DNA of 64,000 bases. It comes from Gammaproteobacteria bacterium (lineage in GTDB: Bacteria; Pseudomonadota; Gammaproteobacteria; SURF-13). Below the pieces are notes generated by a model. The model was not told the origin of the DNA. It did no database searches and saw only the letters and a list, made by a program, of their open reading frames with translations. The stretch covers positions 493-64,492 of the forward strand of contig JAURVQ010000033.1 in NCBI GenBank assembly GCA_030655395.1, read 5' to 3'. A program made the translations under genes and the position numbers. The first letter of the stretch is position 1; each line of letters opens with the position of its first letter. Shown here piece by piece: positions 52,791 to 61,563 of this stretch.

Positions 52791-54518
52791 ATGGCCATAT
52801 CATCGTCCAATGTGAAATTTAAGTTGAGCGGGCTGACGCGCCGTCTGGTGCAGGATGGGCTGCTCACTGAAGTGCTTGCGCAGCAGGCCTACGAGCAGGC
52901 GCTCAAGGCGCAAGCCCCGCTCGTCTCCTGGCTGGTAGAGAACAATATCCTCAGCAGCCGCGTGGTTGCCAATGCAGCGTCGCAGGAGTTCGGTGTGCCG
53001 CTGCTGGACCTTGCCGCCGTCGATATGGAGCATGCCCCCACTGCCCTGGTGGCGGAAAAGCTGGTGCGCAAGCATCATGCGCTGCCCCTCTTCAAGCGCG
53101 GCAGCCGGTTGTTTCTCGCCATGTCCGATCTCACCAATCTCCAGGCGCTGGATGAGATAAAGTTCCACGCCGGCCTCAGCACTGAAGCGGTGCTGGTGGA
53201 GGAAGACAAGCTCGCCCAGGCCATCGAAAAGGCCATGGCCGCGCGCGATACGTCGATGAGCGCGCTGAGCGGATCCGACGTCGATGACCTTAATCTGGAA
53301 ATCACCGGCGGCGATGAAGACCTCGCTGCTGCCGACGGCGCTGCCGCCGATATCGACGATACCCCCGTGGTGCGCTTTGTGAACAAGGTGTTGCTCGACG
53401 CGATCAATAAAGGGGCGTCCGATGTCCACTTTGAGCCCTATGAAAAAATCTACCGTGTGCGCTTCCGTCAGGACGGCGTGCTGCGCGAGGTGGCGGCGCC
53501 GCCGGTGGTCCTCGCACCCCGTCTGGCCGCGCGCCTCAAGGTGATGTCGCGGCTCGATATCTCCGAGCGCCGCGTGCCGCAGGACGGACGCATGAAGATG
53601 CGGCTGTCCGCAAACCGCGCCATCGACTTCCGCGTCAGCAGTTGCCCTACCCTGTACGGCGAGAAGATCGTGCTGCGTATCCTGGATCCTGCCACGGCAA
53701 AACTCGGCATCGATGCGCTGGGCTATGAAGAGGATCAAAAAAAGCTGTTCATGGATGCGATCCATCGTCCCTACGGCATGGTGCTGGTCACCGGCCCCAC
53801 CGGCAGCGGCAAGACCGTGTCGCTCTACACCGCGCTCAATATCCTGAACACCGAGGACCGCAACATCTCCACCTGCGAAGACCCGGTGGAAATCAACCTG
53901 CCCGGCATCAACCAGGTCAACGTCAACCCCAGGGCGGGACTCACCTTCGCCTCGGCGCTCAAGGCCTTTCTGCGCCAGGACCCGGACATCATCATGGTGG
54001 GCGAGATTCGTGACCTGGAAACCGCCGAGATCGCCATCAAGGCGGCGCAGACCGGCCACATGGTGCTCTCCACTCTGCACACCAACGACGCGCCACAGAC
54101 CTTGAGCCGGTTGGCCAACATGGGTGTGGCGCCGTTCAATATCGCCTCGGCGGTTTCGCTCATCATCGCGCAACGTCTGGCGCGCCGCTTGTGCAATCAA
54201 TGCAAAAAGCCGCTGACCATCCCGCGCGAGGCGCTGCTGAAGGAAGGTTTCAAGGAGGCCGATCTCGCCAACATCAAGCTCTATGGGCCGGTGGGTTGCG
54301 ACCAGTGCGCCGACGGCTACAAGGGGCGCGTGGGCATCTACCAGGTGATGCCGGTGACGGAGGCCATCGGGCGCATCATCATGGAGGGCGGCAACGCGAT
54401 GCAGATCGCCGACCAGGCGAAAAAAGAGGGTGTCGCCGATCTGCGCGAGTCGGGGCTGAAAAAGGCGCGCCTGGGCATTACCAGCCTGGAGGAGATCAAC
54501 CGTGTCACCAATGAATAA
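52791..54518 (+). CDS. pilB: type IV pilus assembly ATPase PilB
   Basis: N-terminal GSPII domain, Walker [14 protein letters not shown] and a tetracysteine motif (CNQC...CDQC). Confidence 0.85.
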   Translation: MAISSSNVKFKLSGLTRRLVQDGLLTEVLAQQAYEQALKAQAPLVSWLVENNILSSRVVANAASQEFGVPLLDLAAVDMEHAPTALVAEKLVRKHHALPLFKRGSRLFLAMSDLTNLQALDEIKFHAGLSTEAVLVEEDKLAQAIEKAMAARDTSMSALSGSDVDDLNLEITGGDEDLAAADGAAADIDDTPVVRFVNKVLLDAINKGASDVHFEPYEKIYRVRFRQDGVLREVAAPPVVLAPRLAARLKVMSRLDISERRVPQDGRMKMRLSANRAIDFRVSSCPTLYGEKIVLRILDPATAKLGIDALGYEEDQKKLFMDAIHRPYGMVLVTGPTGSGKTVSLYTALNILNTEDRNISTCEDPVEINLPGINQVNVNPRAGLTFASALKAFLRQDPDIIMVGEIRDLETAEIAIKAAQTGHMVLSTLHTNDAPQTLSRLANMGVAPFNIASAVSLIIAQRLARRLCNQCKKPLTIPREALLKEGFKEADLANIKLYGPVGCDQCADGYKGRVGIYQVMPVTEAIGRIIMEGGNAMQIADQAKKEGVADLRESGLKKARLGITSLEEINRVTNE

Positions 54519-54523
54519 CCCTT

Positions 54524-55747
54524 ATGGCTGAGAAAGCGGCGCGAAAAATCGATACCTTCGTCTGGGAGGGCACCAACAAACAGGGCGCGCGCGTCAAGGG
54601 TGAACTGCAAGGGGCGAATCTCACGCTGGCCAAGGCCGATCTGCGCCGCCAGGGCATCAGTCCGCTCAAGGTTAAAAAGAAGCCTGTGCCGCTGTTCGGC
54701 AAGCGCAAGAAGAGGGTCACGCCCAAGGACATCGCCGTCTTCAGCCGGCAGCTTTCCGTCATGATCGCCGCCGGCGTGCCGCTGGTGCAGTCCTTCGAGA
54801 TTGTAGGACGCGGGCATGAAAATCCCACCATGCAGGAACTCCTGCTCAGCATCAAGAACGACGTGGAGGGCGGCAGTTCGCTGGCCGAGGCGCTGGAGAA
54901 ACATCCGCTGCAGTTCGACGAGCTTTACGTCAACCTGGTGCGCGCCGGTGAACAGGGCGGCATCCTCGAAGCCTTGATGAACAAGATTGCCGTCTATAAG
55001 GAAAAGACCGAGGCGATCAAGGGCAAGATCAAGAAGGCGCTGTTTTACCCCACTGCGGTGCTGGTGGTGGCGTTCATCATCACCGCCATTCTGCTCATCT
55101 TCGTGATTCCGCAGTTCGAGTCGTTGTTCCAGGGCTTCGGCGCCGACCTGCCCGCGCTCACTAAAATGGTCATCAATCTCTCCGCTATTTTCCAGAAATG
55201 GTGGTGGCTGATTTTCGGCGGCCTGGGCGGCGCCATCTACGCGCTCATCGAGGCGAAAAAGCGCTCCAAGGCGATGCAGCATTTCTTTGACCGCATGCTG
55301 CTCAAGCTTCCGGTCATCGGTGCGATTCTCAACAAGGGTGCGATCGCGCGTTTTGCGCGTACGCTCTCCACCATGTTCGCCGCCGGCGTGCCGCTGGTGG
55401 AGGCGATGGAGTCGGTCGCGGGCGCCGCCGGCAACATCGTTTATTCCGACGCCATCCTGCGCATACGCGACGAGGTCTCCACCGGTACGCAGTTGCAGCA
55501 GGCGATGCGCAATGCCGACCTGTTTCCCAACATGGTGGTGCAGATGGTGGCCATCGGCGAGGAGGCGGGCTCGCTCGACACCATGCTCGCGAAGGTGGCC
55601 GATTTCTACGAGGAAGAAGTGGATAATATGGTGGACTCGCTCTCCAGCCTGCTCGAGCCCATGATTATGGCCATCCTCGGCGTGCTGGTGGGCGGTCTCG
55701 TGATCGCCATGTACCTGCCGATCTTCAAAATGGGGTCGGTAGTTTGA
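54524..55747 (+). CDS. pilC: type IV pilus inner-membrane platform protein PilC
   Basis: 407 aa with two T2SSF repeats, colinear with GspF. Confidence 0.85.
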   Translation: MAEKAARKIDTFVWEGTNKQGARVKGELQGANLTLAKADLRRQGISPLKVKKKPVPLFGKRKKRVTPKDIAVFSRQLSVMIAAGVPLVQSFEIVGRGHENPTMQELLLSIKNDVEGGSSLAEALEKHPLQFDELYVNLVRAGEQGGILEALMNKIAVYKEKTEAIKGKIKKALFYPTAVLVVAFIITAILLIFVIPQFESLFQGFGADLPALTKMVINLSAIFQKWWWLIFGGLGGAIYALIEAKKRSKAMQHFFDRMLLKLPVIGAILNKGAIARFARTLSTMFAAGVPLVEAMESVAGAAGNIVYSDAILRIRDEVSTGTQLQQAMRNADLFPNMVVQMVAIGEEAGSLDTMLAKVADFYEEEVDNMVDSLSSLLEPMIMAILGVLVGGLVIAMYLPIFKMGSVV

Positions 55748-55750
55748 AAA

Positions 55751-55843
55751 CAGATACAAGAGAAAAGAGGCAAGAGAAAAGATTTCTCCTTGACAGTGCG
55801 CCGATACTTTTCTCTTTTCTCTTGCCTCTTTTCTCTGTGCGCC
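55751..55843. repeat. AG/CT-rich long hairpin element, copy B (23-bp perfect stem), filling the pilC-pilD intergenic gap
   Basis: agagaaaagaggcaagagaaaag ... cttttctcttgcctcttttctct with a loop of about 32 nt containing ttgaca; related to copy A at 15148-15232. Confidence 0.5.
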
Positions 55844-55844
55844 A

Positions 55845-56717
55845 GTGATTGACACCCTCCAGACGCTTCCCTGGTTATTTATCTTGTCTGCAGGCGTACT
55901 AGGCCTGATAGTCGGCAGTTTTTTGAATGTCGTTATCCATCGCCTGCCGCAGATGATGCAGCGCGACTGGCAGGCTCAATGCCGGGAGCTGCTGGCACTG
56001 CCCGGTGAGTCCGATGAGCCCACCGCTCCGCCGCGTTTCAGCCTCGTCACACCACGCTCGCGTTGCCCGCATTGCGGGCACGGCATCACGGCGCTGGAAA
56101 ACATCCCGCTGGTGAGTTATCTCGTGCTGAAGGGAAAATGCTCGGCGTGCGGCGCGCGCATCTCGCCGCGTTATCCGGTGGTCGAGTTGCTGACCGCCGT
56201 ACTGTCCGTGGCGGTCGCCGCGCACTTTGGCTTTGGCTGGATGAGCGTGGCGGCGCTGCTGCTCACCTGGTGCTTGATTGCGCTCACCTTCATCGACCTC
56301 GATCATCAACTGCTGCCGGACTCGATCACGCTGCCGCTGTTATGGGGCGGTCTGCTGCTCAGTCTGGGCGGCGTGTTCGTGGACAGCCAGACGGCGATCA
56401 TCGGCGCGGCGGCGGGTTATCTCAGCCTGTGGACGGTGTACTGGCTGTTCAAGCTGCTCACCGGCAAGGAAGGCATGGGGCAGGGCGATTTCAAACTGCT
56501 TGCGGTATTCGGCGCGTGGCTCGGCTGGCAGGCGTTGCCGTTAATCATTCTGCTCTCGTCGCTGGTGGGTGCGCTGGTGGGGATTTCCCTGATGCTGTTC
56601 CGCGGCCACCAGCGCGATACCCCGATTCCGTTCGGGCCCTACCTTGCCGCCGCCGGCTGGATCGCCCTGCTCTGGGGCGCGCCGCTGACGCAGGCCTATT
56701 TGAATTTCTTCGGATAG
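55845..56717 (+). CDS. pilD: prepilin peptidase PilD (also the likely GspO for the T2SS pseudopilins)
   Basis: GTG start; N-terminal Cys4 (CPHCGHGI...CSACGARIS) and the A24 peptidase core. Confidence 0.85.
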   Translation: MIDTLQTLPWLFILSAGVLGLIVGSFLNVVIHRLPQMMQRDWQAQCRELLALPGESDEPTAPPRFSLVTPRSRCPHCGHGITALENIPLVSYLVLKGKCSACGARISPRYPVVELLTAVLSVAVAAHFGFGWMSVAALLLTWCLIALTFIDLDHQLLPDSITLPLLWGGLLLSLGGVFVDSQTAIIGAAAGYLSLWTVYWLFKLLTGKEGMGQGDFKLLAVFGAWLGWQALPLIILLSSLVGALVGISLMLFRGHQRDTPIPFGPYLAAAGWIALLWGAPLTQAYLNFFG

Positions 56718-56728
56718 GGCGCCCGATC

Positions 56729-57331
56729 ATGTATCGCGTCGGTCTCACCGGCGGCATAGGCAGCGGCAAGTCCACGGTCGCGCATTGGTTCAGCGCGCTG
56801 GGCGTGCCGGTGATCGACGCCGACGACATCGCGCACGAACTGGTGGTGCCGGGTGCGCCTGCACTGGCGCGTATCGCGCAGCTGTTCGGGGGCGAGGTGC
56901 TGGAGGCCGGCGGCGCGCTCGACCGTGCCGCGCTGCGCCGCATCGTGTTCGCCGATGCAGCGCGGCGCAAACAACTGGAGGCCATCCTGCACCCGCTGAT
57001 CCGCGCCGAGATGGAGGCGCGCGTGGAGCGGCTGGCTGCGGCCTACTGCGTGCTGTGTATCCCGCTGTTGCTGGAGACGGGCCAGGCGCGGGAGGTCGAG
57101 CGCGTGCTGGTGGTCGATGCGCCGCATGCGCTCCAATACCAGCGCCTGATGGCGCGAGGCCTCGGTGTGGCGGAGATCGCCGCCATCCTGCGCGTCCAGG
57201 CCGGCTGGCGTGAGCGTCTCGCGGCGGCACATGACGTGATCGAAAATGACCGCGATCTTGATCACGTGGAAAAGCGGGTGCGCGCGCTGCACGAGAGCTA
57301 TCTGCAGCTGGCCCGCGCCGGGCGCAAATAG
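56729..57331 (+). CDS. coaE: dephospho-CoA kinase CoaE
   Basis: MYRVGLTGGIGSGKSTV P-loop; internal start of spurious ORF 56063..57331. Confidence 0.8.
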   Translation: MYRVGLTGGIGSGKSTVAHWFSALGVPVIDADDIAHELVVPGAPALARIAQLFGGEVLEAGGALDRAALRRIVFADAARRKQLEAILHPLIRAEMEARVERLAAAYCVLCIPLLLETGQAREVERVLVVDAPHALQYQRLMARGLGVAEIAAILRVQAGWRERLAAAHDVIENDRDLDHVEKRVRALHESYLQLARAGRK

Positions 57332-57377
57332 CAATTGCCAGCACTGTTTAAGTACTACACAATAGTCCGAATTTTCA

Positions 57378-58160
57378 GTGGCGATGGTGATGGCGTCAGA
57401 AAAAATTACCTACGAGCAGCCGCTTAACGAAAAGATACGCACCTTTCTGCGGCTCGAATTCCTGTTTCTCCAGGCGCAGCATGACCTGGAAGGAATCACG
57501 GAATGGGACAGCCGCGCCGCGCTGTCCGGTCTGATTGAAATTCTCAATGTGTGCGGCCGCACCGACCTCAAGACAGAACTTTTACGCGAACTTGACCGTC
57601 ACGGCATCATGCTGGCGCGTCTTGAGCAGGTGCCGGAAGTCGATCAGGTACGGCTGAGGGAGGTGCTGAGCGAAGTGGATGTGCTCATCGATAACTTGCA
57701 CGCCACCAGTGGCCAGTTCGGTCAATCGCTGCGTAACAACGAATTCATCAGCAGCATCCGTCAGCGCAGCACCATACCCGGCGGACTGTGTGATTTCGAT
57801 CTGCCCGCCTATCATTACTGGTTGCAGCGTCCCGCCAAGGAGCGCCTTGCGGATCTGCACGAATGGCTGGCCCCGCTCGAGCCGATGCGGCTCGCCATCG
57901 ACGTCATCCTGCGGCTCACGCGCGAGAGCGCCTCACCCACGCAGGAGGTCGCCCCGGCCGGCTTCTTCCAGCGTTCGCTTGACCAGGATACGCCCTGCCA
58001 ACTGGTGCGCGTCGCGGTACCCGCGAGCCTGCCGTACTATCCTGAGATCAGCGGCGGCAAGCATCGCTTCACGGTACGCTTTCTCGCGCCAGTGACCGAC
58101 GGGCGCACGGTACAGGCCACCGAAGACGTGGAGTTTGATCTTACCTGCTGTCTGACGTGA
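57378..58160 (+). CDS. zapD: cell division protein ZapD (YacF)
   Basis: [22 protein letters not shown]-terminus, in the conserved coaE-zapD-yacG synteny. Confidence 0.75.
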   Translation: MAMVMASEKITYEQPLNEKIRTFLRLEFLFLQAQHDLEGITEWDSRAALSGLIEILNVCGRTDLKTELLRELDRHGIMLARLEQVPEVDQVRLREVLSEVDVLIDNLHATSGQFGQSLRNNEFISSIRQRSTIPGGLCDFDLPAYHYWLQRPAKERLADLHEWLAPLEPMRLAIDVILRLTRESASPTQEVAPAGFFQRSLDQDTPCQLVRVAVPASLPYYPEISGGKHRFTVRFLAPVTDGRTVQATEDVEFDLTCCLT

Positions 58161-58339
58161 GCCGCGCAAAGACCATCGCCTGCCCCACCTGCGGCAAGGA
58201 TGTCGTGTGGGCCAAGGACAATCCCTGGCGGCCATTCTGCAGCGAGCGTTGCAAGCTGATCGACCTCGGCGCCTGGGCGAACGAGTCCTATCGCGTCCCG
58301 GACGCAGAGCAGCCGCCGAAGGAAGATAGCTCAGAGTAA
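58157..58339 (+). CDS. yacG: DNA gyrase inhibitor YacG (zinc-finger protein)
   Basis: CPTCGK...[20 protein letters not shown]. Confidence 0.8.
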   Translation: MSRAKTIACPTCGKDVVWAKDNPWRPFCSERCKLIDLGAWANESYRVPDAEQPPKEDSSE

Positions 58340-58493
58340 GCGCGCGATGATGTGCTCAGGCTGCGCCGCATCCCACACCGTACTCAGCATCGAGCAACAC
58401 CGCCTTGGTCGCTCCCGGCGTCCTGCCTCGAGAATCGCCGCAACGGCAACGTGCTGGTATGGGGTGGTGGTTTTCACATCCGTGATGCGCCCG

Positions 58494-60212
58494 TCACAGA
58501 CGGGCTTGTGTGCGCAGTAGTTTTTCCATCTCGTCTGCGGGCAGGGGGCGGCTGAAATAGTAACCCTGATAATCGTCACAGTTCAGTGACTCCAGCTGGG
58601 CAAGCTGCTCCTTGTTTTCCACGCCTTCCGCCGTCACCTTCAATTGCAGGCCCCAGGCCATGGCGATGATGGCGGTGACTATCGCCACATCGTCCGGGTT
58701 GGTGCTGATGTTGCGTATAAAGAATGGGTTGATCTTGACCCGGCTCACTGCGCAGCGTTTGAGAGAAGCGAGACTGGAGTAGCCGGAGCCGAAGTCGTCA
58801 ATGCTGATCTGCACCCCCAGTGCGCTCAGCCGCTGCAGCATGCCGATGGCTTCTTCGCTGTGGCTGATGATAACGCTTTCGGTGATCTCCAACTCCAGGT
58901 AGCGCGGGTCGAGACCGGTTGCCTGCAAGGCATGCAGGATCGTCTTGAGTAAATCCCCTTGCCGGAACTGGCGCGCGGAGAGGTTGACCGCTACCGGCAG
59001 CGGCGGCAGGCCCGCCGCCTGCCAGGCCCTGTTCTGCGCACAGGCAGTGTGCAGTACCCATTCCCCAATGGGATCGATCAGGCCGATGGCTTCCGCGAGC
59101 GGGATGAATTGATCCGGCGCTACCGACCCGAGTACATCATGGTGCCAGCGGATCAAGGCCTCAAGACCCACTATCCTTCCACTTTTTATTTCAATCTGCG
59201 GCTGATAATGCAGCGTGAACTCACTGCGCGCCAATGCCGAACGCAGTCCGGTTTCGATATCCGATTGGTGCGTGGTCTGGGTGTGTATCTGTTCGGTGTA
59301 AAACTGAAAGTTTCCGCCGCCTTTGCGTTTGGCATGGTACATGGCGATGTCGGCATTTCTGAGCAGGGTGTTGGCGTCCTGTGCATCGCGTGGATAAAGC
59401 GCAATGCCGATGCTGGGCATGATGAACAGTTCGCGCTCATTCACAATGAACGGCTGGGTAAAGATGTCCACAACCTTTTGTGCCACAGCGGCGGCAGTTT
59501 CGGCGCCACCGATGTTTTCGAGGACCATGGTGAATTCGTCGCCCCCCAGCCTGGCGATGGTGTCCACTTCGCGCAGCCCTTGCTGGAGACGGTTCGCAAC
59601 CGCCACCAGCAGACGGTCTCCGGTGTCATGCCCGAACGTGTCGTTGATCTCCTTGAAGCGGTCCATGTCGAGCAGCAGCAGCGCGAGCATTTTCTCATTG
59701 CGGTCGATGCGCGCCATGGCCTGCGTCAGGCGGTCGTGGAACAGCGTACGGTTGGGTAGATCGGTGAGGGTATCGTAGGAGGCGAGGTGGGCCAGGCGTT
59801 CCGCGGATTGCTCGCGCTCGGCGATGAGGGCCGTCAGTACCGCATTGTCGCGCTCCAGTTCAAATGCACGTTGGGAGCGCTGCTTGAGCAGTCCTGTCAT
59901 GACGGCAATGAGCGGCGTGGCCGCGGCCCAGACCAGCACACGCAACAGGTTCTCGTGCGTGTAGTGAAACGGTTCGCCCGGGATCGAAAAAAACCAGGCG
60001 AAATACAGCCACGCGATGGCGGCGCTCAACAGCCCGGAGCGCACTCCTCCGTGAAAAGCGGAATACACCACAGTGATGAGCAGAATGGCGGGCGGATTGG
60101 GAACCGGAAAAAATGTGCGCGCGAAGACTGCAAGCAACGCCACCGTGAGCAGGCTGAGCAGCGGCCCGAGGCAACTGGTTTTGAAGACCGTCAGTATCTT
60201 GTCCGGGTTCAT
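58494..60212 (-). CDS. GGDEF-EAL domain signalling protein with N-terminal polytopic membrane sensor domain
   Basis: Six N-terminal TMs, GGDEF (RLGGDEFTMVL) and EAL (LEALIRWHH...) motifs. Confidence 0.8.
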   Translation of the reverse strand: MNPDKILTVFKTSCLGPLLSLLTVALLAVFARTFFPVPNPPAILLITVVYSAFHGGVRSGLLSAAIAWLYFAWFFSIPGEPFHYTHENLLRVLVWAAATPLIAVMTGLLKQRSQRAFELERDNAVLTALIAEREQSAERLAHLASYDTLTDLPNRTLFHDRLTQAMARIDRNEKMLALLLLDMDRFKEINDTFGHDTGDRLLVAVANRLQQGLREVDTIARLGGDEFTMVLENIGGAETAAAVAQKVVDIFTQPFIVNERELFIMPSIGIALYPRDAQDANTLLRNADIAMYHAKRKGGGNFQFYTEQIHTQTTHQSDIETGLRSALARSEFTLHYQPQIEIKSGRIVGLEALIRWHHDVLGSVAPDQFIPLAEAIGLIDPIGEWVLHTACAQNRAWQAAGLPPLPVAVNLSARQFRQGDLLKTILHALQATGLDPRYLELEITESVIISHSEEAIGMLQRLSALGVQISIDDFGSGYSSLASLKRCAVSRVKINPFFIRNISTNPDDVAIVTAIIAMAWGLQLKVTAEGVENKEQLAQLESLNCDDYQGYYFSRPLPADEMEKLLRTQARL

Positions 60213-60317
60213 GGTGCTCCCCGTGTACTGTCGCTCTCAAGGCTTGAGAGTCCGGCACTCCAGCTTGAGGAGGCTTCAGAAGCATAATGCACCAACAGGT
60301 GCGGGAAAGCTACAGCC

Positions 60318-61538
60318 TCAGGTGCGGTACTCCGCGTTGATGCGCACGTAGTCGTAGGAGAAATCGCAGGTCCATATGGTGCTGGCATGCGACCCTCGCG
60401 CGAGATCGACGTGGATGGTAATTTCACTCTTGCGCATGATGTCCTGGCCGCGCTTTTCTGCATAGTCCGGTGCGCGCCCGCCGTCATGCACGATGCACAC
60501 GTCATCGAGGTGCAGCGTGATGCGTGCAAGATCAAGGCCGGCAATGCCGGCGCGGCCCACGGCGGCAAGGATACGCCCCCAGTTGGGATCGCTGGCAAAA
60601 AATGCGGTCTTCACCAGTGGCGAGTGCGCGATGGCGTAGGCGACGGCATTGCACTCCTGTTCGCTCGCGCCGCCGTTGACGCGCACGGTGATGAATTTGG
60701 TGGCGCCTTCGCCATCGCGCACGATCAGTTGCGCGAGTTCGCTGCACACCTGCGTGATCGCGTCGCACAAAGGGCGATAGGCCGGATGGGCCACGTGGTC
60801 GATGCGTGCCAGCGCACTTTTGCCGGTGGCGATCAGCACGCAGGCGTCGTTGGTGGAGGTGTCGCCGTCTACCGTGATGCGGTTGAATGAAACTCCGGCG
60901 GCGTCTTTGAGGCACTGCTGCAGAACATCCTGCGCGACGCCGGCATCGGTGGCGATAAAGGCGAGCATGGTCGCCATGTCGGGCCGGATCATGCCGGAGC
61001 CCTTGGCGATGCCGGTGATGGTGACGGTGCTGCCCTCAATGTCAATTTTGCGCGAGACACCCTTCGGCACGGTATCGGTGGTCATGATGCCGTGCGCGGC
61101 ATCCTCCCAGCCTGCGTCACTCAGTGCGGCATACGCCCCGGGCAGGCCATGCACAATTTTCTCCACCGGCAGCGGTTCGCCGATCACGCCGGTGGAGAAG
61201 GGCAGCACTTCGTCGTTCTTGCAATGCGCGAGCTGCGCCAGTGCGGAACAGCACGTTGCTGCGTCATGCAGGCCCTGCGCGCCGGTGCCCGCGTTGGCGT
61301 TGCCGGTGTTGATGAGCAGGTAGCGCGGCGCCGTTTGCGCCAGATGCTTGCGCGCGATTGTGACCGGAGCGGCGCAGAAGGCGTTTTGGGTGAACACGGC
61401 GGCGCAGCTCGCGCCCGCGTCAATCTCCATGACGACCAGATCGCGCCGCCCCGGTTTTTTGATGCTGGCGGCGGCGGTGCCGAGACGGATGCCGTGCGCC
61501 GGGTGCAGGTGCGGCAAGGGCTTAACGTTTACTGCCAT
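60318..61538 (-). CDS. argJ: bifunctional glutamate N-acetyltransferase/amino-acid acetyltransferase ArgJ
   Basis: Internal start MAVNVKPLP; self-cleavage ATML motif region (PDMATMLAFIATDA) and an IATGKS-like motif. Confidence 0.8.
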   Translation of the reverse strand: MAVNVKPLPHLHPAHGIRLGTAAASIKKPGRRDLVVMEIDAGASCAAVFTQNAFCAAPVTIARKHLAQTAPRYLLINTGNANAGTGAQGLHDAATCCSALAQLAHCKNDEVLPFSTGVIGEPLPVEKIVHGLPGAYAALSDAGWEDAAHGIMTTDTVPKGVSRKIDIEGSTVTITGIAKGSGMIRPDMATMLAFIATDAGVAQDVLQQCLKDAAGVSFNRITVDGDTSTNDACVLIATGKSALARIDHVAHPAYRPLCDAITQVCSELAQLIVRDGEGATKFITVRVNGGASEQECNAVAYAIAHSPLVKTAFFASDPNWGRILAAVGRAGIAGLDLARITLHLDDVCIVHDGGRAPDYAEKRGQDIMRKSEITIHVDLARGSHASTIWTCDFSYDYVRINAEYRT

Positions 61539-61563
61539 GATTACAGAGGGCCCGGAAGCTGAA

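Noticed and set aside
56063-57331. 422-aa ORF spanning the pilD 3' end through coaE.
   Set aside because: It is an in-frame upstream extension of coaE through GC-rich sequence overlapping pilD in another frame; the P-loop N-terminus MYRVGLTGGIGSGKST at 56729 is the real start.
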